Virus record (IMG/VR): IMGVR_UViG_3300002448_000161
Direction: 5' to 3' (one strand)
From: a virus
DNA length: 36,161 bases
The translations under genes were made by a program, and so were the position numbers. The notes beneath the pieces are model-generated. The model was not told the DNA's origin. It saw only the letters and a program-made list of their open reading frames with translations, and did not search any database. Shown here one piece after another: positions 18,164-26,319 of this stretch (within the stretch, counting starts at the first letter, position 1; each line of letters opens with the position of its first letter).

Positions 18164-18988
18164 TTACTGGTAGCTGGCTGCGTTGTAGTCCAGCACCTTC
18201 TCCAGGAAGTCGTCCATTGCTTGGTCGGTGGTAAGGCCGTTGGCTATCGCGAAGGCGTAGCCTGCCGTCAGCGCGTCGCCCGCTCCGATGAAGTCGCTTC
18301 CGGCCGGTACTTTTATGGCCGGTAGGTGCCTCCTGTTTCCGTTCATCCAGAAGTCGGTCCGGCCGCTGGCCCCTTGGGTTACAAAGACCCGCGAGATTCC
18401 CATTTTCTGTGCGGGATTGTCGTCGGGGTCGAACCTCATTCTCCTGGCGAGAGCCTGTAGCTCGGCCTGGTTCATTGTCGCTGCGGTGATGCCTCTCATC
18501 CGTCCCAGCCTGGGTACCATTCCTTTCGTCGTTGCGTTGGCTATTATGTTACCGCCGGTTACGGCCAGCGCTGACAGGTCGTTGACGTCCAGGTAGAGGG
18601 AGCAGAGCACCATGTCGTAGTCCTTCCTAATGTCGCGGATTTCCTGTGCTATGCTGCCCGGGACTGGGAAGTGGCCCTTGGTGGCCGTCGGCTCCCCGTT
18701 TCTCACGCTTATGCGGGCCGTCCCTTCCCTGATGGCAGGTGGCCGTCCGTCGGCCAGTATCGCCGTTACTCCCAGGGTCGTTAGTGCTTCGTTCAGTCTT
18801 TCCTGCTGGGTGGGCGTTACTGGCGCCAGGAGTGTCACGTTGGCCTCTGCCCTGGCTAATTCCCGGGCCATGATGCCTCCGACGCCTCCGACTTGCTGTC
18901 GGGTCCTGCCGTCTTCCCTGGTTACGGTTTCCTCCATGACGTTGCCTACGACGAGGAATTTTGGTTCCCTGTTGGTGTTGGTTGTCAT
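18164..18988 (-). CDS. PfkB/ribokinase-family kinase
   Basis: LVVGNV, QVGGVGG, MNQAEL, VFVTQGASG, DFIGAGDA signature. Confidence 0.85.
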   Translation of the reverse strand: MTTNTNREPKFLVVGNVMEETVTREDGRTRQQVGGVGGIMARELARAEANVTLLAPVTPTQQERLNEALTTLGVTAILADGRPPAIREGTARISVRNGEPTATKGHFPVPGSIAQEIRDIRKDYDMVLCSLYLDVNDLSALAVTGGNIIANATTKGMVPRLGRMRGITAATMNQAELQALARRMRFDPDDNPAQKMGISRVFVTQGASGRTDFWMNGNRRHLPAIKVPAGSDFIGAGDALTAGYAFAIANGLTTDQAMDDFLEKVLDYNAASYQ

Positions 18989-19007
18989 CCCGTGGTCCCG
19001 CCTCCTC

Positions 19008-19349
19008 TTACCAGTTCCGCTTGCGGTGGAGTTTGCTCTTCAGCCAATCGAGCCCGTCCGGTGTACCGCACTTCTCCGGCCATCCTTTCAATGTTTCTTC
19101 CAGGCTCTGGTAGAAAATCTGGCCCGGGTCGGCGGGCCAGTATCCAAGCACGGTGATCGGCTCATTTAAGCCGTGGGTCCTTTGGTATATTTCTTCCGTG
19201 TCACGTATGTAGGAGACCTCAGCGGTGGTTCCGAGCCTGTCGATGCGCCACATTACTCCGTACAGGCATTCCCTGCTTGCTCGCCTTCGCGGGTCGTCGT
19301 TGTAGAAGTCCTCGAGGCTGGCGAAATCTATCTCGGTGTTTTGGCTCAT
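19008..19349 (-). CDS. Hypothetical protein
   Basis: 113-aa ORF, GAGGAG RBS. Confidence 0.6.
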   Translation of the reverse strand: MSQNTEIDFASLEDFYNDDPRRRASRECLYGVMWRIDRLGTTAEVSYIRDTEEIYQRTHGLNEPITVLGYWPADPGQIFYQSLEETLKGWPEKCGTPDGLDWLKSKLHRKRNW

Positions 19350-19376
19350 CTAGGCCGTCTCCTCAGGCCCCGCCGG

Positions 19377-20051
19377 TCAGGCGGCCATTTCGTTGTTGGC
19401 TCCGTTGGGTCTTTGGACTTCTGAGCTGTGGACGGTGAAGTTGTTGTAACTGTCGTCCTCGAGCACCAGGTGCTCCTTTCCCAGCAGCGTTATGACGTTA
19501 TAAAGCCTCCCCTCGAACCGTACCGTCTGGCCGGTTTTATAGTCATGTTTTGGCAGCGTGCTGATGGGCTCCGCTGGAGGGGCAGTTGCCCTGCAGGGCT
19601 TTGCAACCTCTTGGTTGCCCGTTTCCTCTTCGTAGGTATCTTCGTCTGTTCGGGGTTCTGCCCGTCCTGTGTCCTTGCCTGGGTCGCTGTCACTTTCCGG
19701 GGCGTTGGCCGGGCCGATTTCCAGTGAGAACGCGTCGTCAGGCGCAGGCGCCGTTTTCTCTGTCGTCTGTGGCGTTCCCTTGGCGGCCCGCTGGCTGGGG
19801 GCTCTCCTTGAGGTCTTCTGCGCGGCGGCCTCTCTTGTGGTCGCCGTGGCTGTCCTGTTCTTGTGGCGCCGGTTGGCGGTTTTCTCGAAGGCCGGGACCT
19901 GGTTGATCACGGCGCTCTGCGCCAGTCTGAATATGGCTGCTGCCTCGCTGGCTGTGTATACGTGGCCGTCGTAGGTGCCTTGGGCCATGGCCGTGGCCCT
20001 CTGTATTTCCTCCGGGCTCAGGTAACGGCGCGGCTTGGGTAGCTGGTACAT
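19377..20051 (-). CDS. Hypothetical protein (HTH-like N-terminus, beta-rich C-terminus)
   Basis: YTASEAAAIFRLAQSAV; GGAGGAG RBS. Confidence 0.6.
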   Translation of the reverse strand: MYQLPKPRRYLSPEEIQRATAMAQGTYDGHVYTASEAAAIFRLAQSAVINQVPAFEKTANRRHKNRTATATTREAAAQKTSRRAPSQRAAKGTPQTTEKTAPAPDDAFSLEIGPANAPESDSDPGKDTGRAEPRTDEDTYEEETGNQEVAKPCRATAPPAEPISTLPKHDYKTGQTVRFEGRLYNVITLLGKEHLVLEDDSYNNFTVHSSEVQRPNGANNEMAA

Positions 20052-20079
20052 TGCTCCTCCTTCCTGTTCTCTCTGATTC

Positions 20080-20255
20080 TAGAAAATTGCGAAACTCTCT
20101 GCTGTTGGCCGGGGCCGTTGCCCTGAGGGTGTTCGCGGTCCTGCGTGCAGCGCCGGTCACGGTCTGGAAGCTATTGCTTCCAGTTCTCCCTTATGCGCTT
20201 GCTTCCCCGTAGGGCTTCCGGCGGCACGCCCAGGTGGTCCATTGGGACCGTTTTC
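20080..20255 (-). ncRNA. Putative omega-RNA scaffold of element 3 (boundaries approximate)
   Basis: Close match to 8959-9135; hairpin CTGGAAGC-TATT-GCTTCCAG at 20164-20183. Confidence 0.6.
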
Positions 20256-21508
20256 TGCCCTGGCCAGGAGGTTTAATCCCTGGCGCCGGATGTTTTCCGC
20301 CGCGTTGACGTCGGCGTTGGCGCAGTGGCCGCAGTCCCGACATTGAAAGAGCGACTGCGACCTGCGGTTTGTCGGGTCAACCGAACCGCACTTTCTACAA
20401 AGCGGCTGGTGTTCATGGCCGGAACGGTTATGAAGTCTCTGTCATACCACCAGCACTTGTATTTCAGCTTCTGCCGGACGCCGTACCAGCCTTGGAAGAG
20501 GATGGAGCGGTTTAGGCCGGCCTTCTGGCGCACGTTGGTGCCGGGGCTCTCTGCCGTGCCCCTGGCCGACCTGACCATGTTGGAAATGCGCGTGTCTTCG
20601 ATGCAGATTATCTGGTGGTCTCTGACCAGTTTGCTGGTAATTCTGTGTTGGAGCCCTGTAAGGGAGTCCTGGCGTTTCTGCTCTACTCGTCGGAGCGTAG
20701 CCAGGGTCTTGAGGTAGTTATGGGATGGGCCGTCGGTCCACCGGAATCTTTGCTTGGTGCGCCCGTTGGATATTTTTTGGGAAGTGAAGCGGGCCCGTCC
20801 GTCCTTCAGGGCGGAGTCCCGCTGCCGTTGCATCCTGCGCTTCAAGCGTCTCATAACCTTCCTGTGTTGCTGGTCCTTCAGCCCGGGGATCTGGGTCACT
20901 TGTCTTGATTCATCTACGGCGGTAAGCAGGTGTTTCACTCCGGGGTCAATGCCCACTGAGTGGTTGGCCGCTGGTACTGTTGGAATCTCCTGATTGAAGA
21001 CCAGCAGGACGTTGAAGCGCCTTGGGGTGCGGGTGATGCGGATAATCCTGGGCTGTTCCTTGCGAGGCAGCCGCCCGTCAATTCTGAAGGACAGCCGGGG
21101 CAGCCCTTTGACGTGGATGTGACCCTTCCTCCCATCTTTAGAGACCTTCAGGTGATTGACTGCTGGTTCGGAGAGTTCCAGGGTATTGCACCGGTAGGGG
21201 CTGCTGGTGCGTGGCTTGCCCCGCTCTGGCGTTTTGAAGTATTCGTTGAAGGCGGTATTGACCCTTTTAGCAGTGGATTCCAGCAGGCGACGGGAGTAGC
21301 CGTTATAGACGGGGTCATTTCGTCGCAGGTCTGTGAGGTGGGCGGTCTGCAGCTTGAGGGACCACCTTCTCTTGTGGGAGCCGGAAGCGGCCATGCGGTG
21401 TCGTATCAGGGCGTTCCGTAGGTGTCCCATGTGGAGCATGGCCTGTTCCAGCTGGCGGTAGCCGTGGCTGGTGGTGGCTGCCCTGTATTTCAGGGTGGTG
21501 GTCTGCAT
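20157..21508 (-). pseudogene. tnpB: TnpB with a 1-nt deletion near 20400 (real or sequencing error)
   Basis: 1352 nt versus 1353 in element 1; the shifted frame continues CRKCGSVDPTNRRSQSLFQCRDCGHCANADVNAAENI...ASRP*. Confidence 0.9.
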
Positions 21509-21631
21509 TAACCCCCTCTTTTGTCCAGTGTATCTGGCCTTCCGAGCATTCAGCTACGGGCAACTGTCAGTCTCTCTGCTTTTCAGAGTTTCGCAATTTT
21601 CCCTGATTCGGCGCCGTCGCGCCGCTGTCAA

Positions 21632-22012
21632 TTAGGTATTCGGTACTTCGGCTTCCTGCCGGCAGGCGTGGCAGCCTTTCTTTCTGCCGTCGCCGCTGGC
21701 GTATCTGTAGGGCCGGTGTCTTTCGGGGCAGTCGGGCATCAGTGCCTTGAAGTTTTCGTCGGAGCAGGTCCCGCAGGCGTAGAACAACACGCGGTCTCGC
21801 TCGAATATGGGTGTGGGCTGCCCGTTCTGCAGTTCGAAGATCAGCCTTGTCCCGCCCATGCTGGCGCTGTGTATGCGACACGGGGTGGCGGTTACTCCCC
21901 GCCTGCGCAGCAGGCGCGGTCCCTCTCCTTCTTCCGTGTTCAGCAGCGCTGGGGTTTCCCCTCCGGATCTGCCGGTAACTATTTCTGTCGTGTCGAAGGC
22001 TTTGTCCGTCAA
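21632..22012 (-). CDS. Hypothetical Cys-rich protein
   Basis: CGTC..CHAC; AAAGGAG RBS. Confidence 0.55.
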   Translation of the reverse strand: MTDKAFDTTEIVTGRSGGETPALLNTEEGEGPRLLRRRGVTATPCRIHSASMGGTRLIFELQNGQPTPIFERDRVLFYACGTCSDENFKALMPDCPERHRPYRYASGDGRKKGCHACRQEAEVPNT

Positions 22013-22124
22013 CGGGGTTTTCTCCTTTCGGGTGTCTCCGGATGCGGGCTGAACGGCGAAGCCGCCCGAGGCGTAGGCCTGGGCGGCTTGATTCTTTCCT
22101 GGGGCTGCGGGTTATGGTGGCCGG

Positions 22125-22280
22125 TCAGGCCATCTTTCCCGTGCGGAATTTCTTCTTGCCGCAGTCGGCGCAGACCCCGGTGACCGCGTCCCTCCCATTT
22201 TTCATGACGACCTCCTGGAGGTCGTTGGTCTGGGTGGGCTTTTGGCACTTCAGGCAAAATATTTCCTTGGTAGTCGTCAC
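22125..22280 (-). CDS. DUF5679-like small zinc-ribbon protein (51 aa; not in ORF track)
   Basis: MTTTKEIFCLKCQKPTQTNDLQEVVMKNGRDAVTGVCADCGKKKFRTGKMA; the CxKC..MKNGR..GxCxxCG pattern. Confidence 0.8.
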   Translation of the reverse strand: MTTTKEIFCLKCQKPTQTNDLQEVVMKNGRDAVTGVCADCGKKKFRTGKMA

Positions 22281-22373
22281 TGCCTCATCCTCCTTGCCTC
22301 GCCGGCGGTAATTTGTAGGATCTCCGGCGCTTGCGCCCCATTATACAAGCCTTCTGTATCTGGCGGCTTTCGT

Positions 22374-22781
22374 TTAAGGCTTTTTCGCCGATGTGGGGGC
22401 TCGGGCGGCCGTTATGGCCGGAGTTTTTCCCAGACTTGCCTCCACGGCCATCGTGGCCGCCTTGATGTGGCGCGATGCGATCTGCCATTCCTCTTCGTCG
22501 ACCGCGTTCTCGGCCAGGCTCAGCTGCTCCTTCACCGTCCTGGCGCTCTGTTGGTGGGAATCTGTGTCCTCGACGGTCCCGTTCGTTGTACCCAGAGCCT
22601 TCAACTGGATTTCCAGCTGGCCTTCGGCGCGGCGCATGAAGGTCTGTGCCGGGCCGGCTGCCTTCTTTTCAACTGCCTTGTCGGCCATGATGAGATAATC
22701 CCAGCAGCATGCGGACAGCAATCTCATGTCGTCATCGTTAAACCTGTGGCCGGCGGTTGGGTTGTCCCCCTGTTGGGTCAT
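22374..22781 (-). CDS. Hypothetical helical protein
   Basis: 135-aa ORF, AGGAG RBS. Confidence 0.55.
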   Translation of the reverse strand: MTQQGDNPTAGHRFNDDDMRLLSACCWDYLIMADKAVEKKAAGPAQTFMRRAEGQLEIQLKALGTTNGTVEDTDSHQQSARTVKEQLSLAENAVDEEEWQIASRHIKAATMAVEASLGKTPAITAARAPTSAKKP

Positions 22782-22835
22782 TGTCTTCTCCTGCGGCTGC
22801 TTATTACCCTGTCGTTGGGCGCCTGCCTTGTTTAT

Positions 22836-23378
22836 CTATTCGTAGTGGGGGCGGCAGCTTGGGTAGTCCCGGCCTGGGTGGGGCTCAACGAGTATCCTCC
22901 TCAATCCCGCGGACAGGACTGAGGTCAGGGGCCATGCCCCGCTGTTTAATTCCTGGATGTAATCCTGAAGCATGAGGGCTCGTTCGTCGGCCTCCTGCTT
23001 CGTCGCGTAGGTTCCCAGGCACCTGATGTAAATCCCTGCGTTGAAATACCAGCCGCCCTCCTCCGGTCCGCCGTAGGCCTGTTTCTCGTGGTATTCGTTG
23101 ATGTGGTGAGCTGCCAGCGGTATCAGTCCCTCCACGCCCTGGTCGTTGAGTCTGTGCTCCGCGGTCCCGCTCAGGATGTATTCGGCTATCTGCCGAGCGT
23201 CCCTTTGCTCAGTTTCGCGGCACATCCATTGGTCAACCATCCGGTTGATCCCGTCGCTGGATTTGCGGTAGATTCTCACCTGCCAGCCGTCGCCCTCCTG
23301 GGCGGGTGTCAGCTCCATCTGGAGCCCTTCTTCGCACGTTGCTATCAGCTCGCGTGGGTCCTCTGCCTGTGCTTGCAT
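22836..23378 (-). CDS. Hypothetical phage-like protein
   Basis: YGGPEEGGWYF motif; AAGGAG RBS. Confidence 0.65.
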   Translation of the reverse strand: MQAQAEDPRELIATCEEGLQMELTPAQEGDGWQVRIYRKSSDGINRMVDQWMCRETEQRDARQIAEYILSGTAEHRLNDQGVEGLIPLAAHHINEYHEKQAYGGPEEGGWYFNAGIYIRCLGTYATKQEADERALMLQDYIQELNSGAWPLTSVLSAGLRRILVEPHPGRDYPSCRPHYE

Positions 23379-23407
23379 TGCGGTTACTCCTTTGGTCTTC
23401 TTTGCTT

Positions 23408-24856
23408 TTAATCCTGGACGGTTGCCAGATCGTCGATGCTTACGCCCATCCAGCTGGCCCGGTCCGTGATTTCGTTTTCGTCGATGTCTTCGAGGTGGGA
23501 GATCGAGATCTCCCCCAGCTGGAGCAGGAATTCCGCTGCTTTCGGTGAGAGTTCGCTCATCTCTCTTGCGCGGTAGCCTGCTGCCGTCTTGGCCGGGGCC
23601 AGTAGTTCTATTGCCCTGGCTTGCCAGTTCTCTCTGATGCAGCCGTTGGTCGGGACCAGCGCCAGCTCCAGCGGGAAGTCTATTTCATGGCACTCGTAGC
23701 CTTGAGTGCATTCGGCCCGGGTTCCCATGTGGCTTATGATCGGGCTTTCCTTACCCATCAGGAGGTTGATGTCCCTTTGCGACGCGTTTCCCCTGACGGT
23801 CAGTGTCATGTTTCCGTGAGACTCGCGGCCGGTCAGGGCTCGGAAGGCTTCGGCGCTTCGTTCCTCGTCCAGGGTTGTATTTATGGAGTAGGTCTGCTCG
23901 TGGCCGGATTTCCTTTCCTCCGGGGTTGGATTTTCCTGGCTGGTCGGGCTGGTGGATAGCACGGCGAGGATCTCGTGCTGCGTCATCCTGGTTATGACGG
24001 CGTCGGCTACCTCGTCGGCGTAGTCCCACAGGTCCTGGCTCAGCTTTGGTGGGATCTGGAACCTCTTGGCGGATTCGTCAATCCGATTGCGTACCTTCTG
24101 ATGGGCGTCGTATATTTCCAGCAGGTTTAATTCCCGGTCCTGGACCCTGCCGTCGGCGTCCTCTTGCTGCTCTCGTATGAAGGCAGCGATGTTGGCCAGC
24201 AGCTGGCCCCTACTCGGGATCTGGAACAGCGGTTTGTCATCGCTGTTTGCTACGGCGCCGCGCCCGCTGGGCTTCTTATTCCGCGTCGCGGTGTTCGGGT
24301 CGTGGGCCCAGTCCGGCAGTCCGTAAATTGGATTGACTGTGTCCTTGGGTTCCCACATTACCGTGCCCGTTAGGGGGTCGTCTCCCTGGAACAGCGTCGG
24401 CCTGGCTCCTGTGTTTGGGATTCCCCAGCCCTCGTCGATGCAAAGGATTGTGCTGTTGTCCGGTCCGGTGTGCAGCGTTCCTCTTTCCGGAGGCATCAGC
24501 GGGTCGACCTTCCCCGCGCCTGCGGCGTTCAGTGTCAGGATTGTCCTGAGCCGGTCCGTGGATCCGCTGGCGGTGGTTCTAACCCGGGCGTAGCTTTTGC
24601 CCAGGTATTTCTGTTGCACCGCGCTGCTGGCCAGGCTCCAGGCTTGCGGGTCGGGCTCTCCTGATTCGCCCTGCATTGAGATTCGGAGGTGTCCCTGGTC
24701 GTCGTAACCCTGTCCGGCCTGCATCGCCGTTCTGGTGCACCATAGAAGCTGGTCCCATGCCGGCTCGGTCGTTTCGACCAAGATCCTGCCGTCTTCTTCG
24801 GTGGCCGTCCACCCGAGTTCGCCGGCCATCTGCAATACTTTTTCTCTGTAGTTCAT
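23408..24856 (-). CDS. Hypothetical multidomain protein
   Basis: 482-aa ORF; C-terminal ~160 aa resemble the neighbouring protein. Confidence 0.7.
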   Translation of the reverse strand: MNYREKVLQMAGELGWTATEEDGRILVETTEPAWDQLLWCTRTAMQAGQGYDDQGHLRISMQGESGEPDPQAWSLASSAVQQKYLGKSYARVRTTASGSTDRLRTILTLNAAGAGKVDPLMPPERGTLHTGPDNSTILCIDEGWGIPNTGARPTLFQGDDPLTGTVMWEPKDTVNPIYGLPDWAHDPNTATRNKKPSGRGAVANSDDKPLFQIPSRGQLLANIAAFIREQQEDADGRVQDRELNLLEIYDAHQKVRNRIDESAKRFQIPPKLSQDLWDYADEVADAVITRMTQHEILAVLSTSPTSQENPTPEERKSGHEQTYSINTTLDEERSAEAFRALTGRESHGNMTLTVRGNASQRDINLLMGKESPIISHMGTRAECTQGYECHEIDFPLELALVPTNGCIRENWQARAIELLAPAKTAAGYRAREMSELSPKAAEFLLQLGEISISHLEDIDENEITDRASWMGVSIDDLATVQD

Positions 24857-24868
24857 CCTGCTCCGTGG

Positions 24869-25387
24869 TTAATCTGTGGAATGGGCTTTTATGAGGTCTG
24901 TGGTCTTGAGGCCGATCTCTCCGGCCCGCCGGATGATTGTTGCGATGTCGACGTCGTAAGGTCGTGAAGGGTCCAGCCTGCTCAGGTCCAACAGCGCTCT
25001 GCCGGCCTCCAGGGTCAGTTCGTGGATTTTCAGCTTCTGCCGGTTATAGAGCCCTGACACCCTCCGGTCGGGGTCTTCGGCCGAGGCCAGCGCTGTGGCT
25101 GCCCGGCGCTGCCAGGATAAGCCTTCGCTGGTGGCATGTTGGATCGTCATTTGGACGTTTTTCCCGGAGCTGTCCAGTGTTTCTATTCCCAGGTGGGTGA
25201 CCATCTGCTCTTGGTCGCCGAACAGCTGGCGGAATTCGGCCTCGGTGAGGCTCCCTTTCAGGGTCAGCACCGTGGTCTTGTGGTGTGGCTTTTCGGGCAG
25301 GAGCTTGGTGATAATCTCATTGGCGGTGGAGTTGGGAAGTGGGGCGATGATGGGGTAGCGGGGCTGGTCGTGGTCATCCAATTGCAT
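24869..25387 (-). CDS. Hypothetical protein, paralogue of the C-terminal domain of 23408-24856
   Basis: ATG 25387 with AAGGAG RBS. Confidence 0.65.
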   Translation of the reverse strand: MQLDDHDQPRYPIIAPLPNSTANEIITKLLPEKPHHKTTVLTLKGSLTEAEFRQLFGDQEQMVTHLGIETLDSSGKNVQMTIQHATSEGLSWQRRAATALASAEDPDRRVSGLYNRQKLKIHELTLEAGRALLDLSRLDPSRPYDVDIATIIRRAGEIGLKTTDLIKAHSTD

Positions 25388-25414
25388 GGCTCCTTGTGTT
25401 GCCAACGGCTGTCT

Positions 25415-25771
25415 TCAACGCCGCTGGTCGGGACTTCTGTCCTCCTGTTCAGGTGAGGTTGCCCCTTGGCGGTGCCGCGTCCGGAGGGAGCTTGCTGCCA
25501 GGATTCCCTTAATGATCAGGGGGTACAGCGCGGTTACGATGGTCCAGGCGGTGAGGTATTCCCAGGCTGGCGTTCCGCCGGTGGGAGTGCCTGTTTGGGC
25601 CAGGTCTACGAGCTCGGTGATCTTCACCGTGGCCAGCGTGGTCAGCGCCGGCACTATGGCCCAGCCGGCGGTTACCGTTTTCCTTGCCCGCATCGGCAGG
25701 TCCAGGTTTCCAAGCGGGTTGATGCGCTTGAGTCCTTCGGTCAGCCTTGTCCAATGTCGGGTGGCGTTCAT
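25415..25771 (-). CDS. Putative membrane protein
   Basis: Two hydrophobic segments; ATGA coupling to the upstream gene. Confidence 0.55.
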   Translation of the reverse strand: MNATRHWTRLTEGLKRINPLGNLDLPMRARKTVTAGWAIVPALTTLATVKITELVDLAQTGTPTGGTPAWEYLTAWTIVTALYPLIIKGILAASSLRTRHRQGATSPEQEDRSPDQRR

Positions 25772-26298
25772 TCCCTCGGCCTGATGGGCAGCTGCTCTGG
25801 CTCCAGCTCCAGCTTGATGGAGTTAAGGTCCAGGTACTCGTCGGAGACGTGTCTTTCCGTTCTGGTTCTGTCGTCCTCTACCGTCACTGTGTAGTTGAAT
25901 TTGACCACGTAGTTGACCGTCACGGCGCCGGTGCCGGCGGGTAAAAGCCGGTAGGTGAGGTGGTTGGTGACCGTCCGGACTTTCTCTCCGTTCGGTCCGG
26001 TGGGTTCCTCTGTTGTGGTTGCCCTACGTTCCTCAGGGACCTGCAGGTTAAGGTCCAGGTTATGCCTTTCCATGAGGTGGGCTTGCAGCCGGTCTTCCAT
26101 TAGCGGCGCTGCGCTGCGCCACCGTTCCGCTGCGATGTGCGCCGGCAGGGTTGAGATGCCCTGCCCGATCAGCCATAGGACTCCGAAGAGTATTGTCAGC
26201 GTCCCAGCCAGTGTGAGCGCTGTAAAGAGCAGGACTGAGAGGACCTGCCTGGCGCTGACATCAGCTGTGATCAGCCTCTCGTAGTGTGGGCTTATCAA
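25768..26298 (-). CDS. Putative membrane-anchored protein
   Basis: N-terminal hydrophobic stretch; GGAGG RBS. Confidence 0.6.
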   Translation of the reverse strand: MISPHYERLITADVSARQVLSVLLFTALTLAGTLTILFGVLWLIGQGISTLPAHIAAERWRSAAPLMEDRLQAHLMERHNLDLNLQVPEERRATTTEEPTGPNGEKVRTVTNHLTYRLLPAGTGAVTVNYVVKFNYTVTVEDDRTRTERHVSDEYLDLNSIKLELEPEQLPIRPRE

Positions 26299-26319
26299 TT
26301 TGGCGCCTCCGGCCCTGGT

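Larger units (their letters stand above)
20080..21602 (-). mobile_element. TIR/TSD-flanked tnpB-only element 3 (~1523 bp)
   Basis: 17-bp perfect IR GAAAATTGCGAAACTCT (20082-20098 / 21585-21601); direct repeat CTGATTC at 20073-20079 and 21603-21609; intergenic insertion. Confidence 0.9.
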
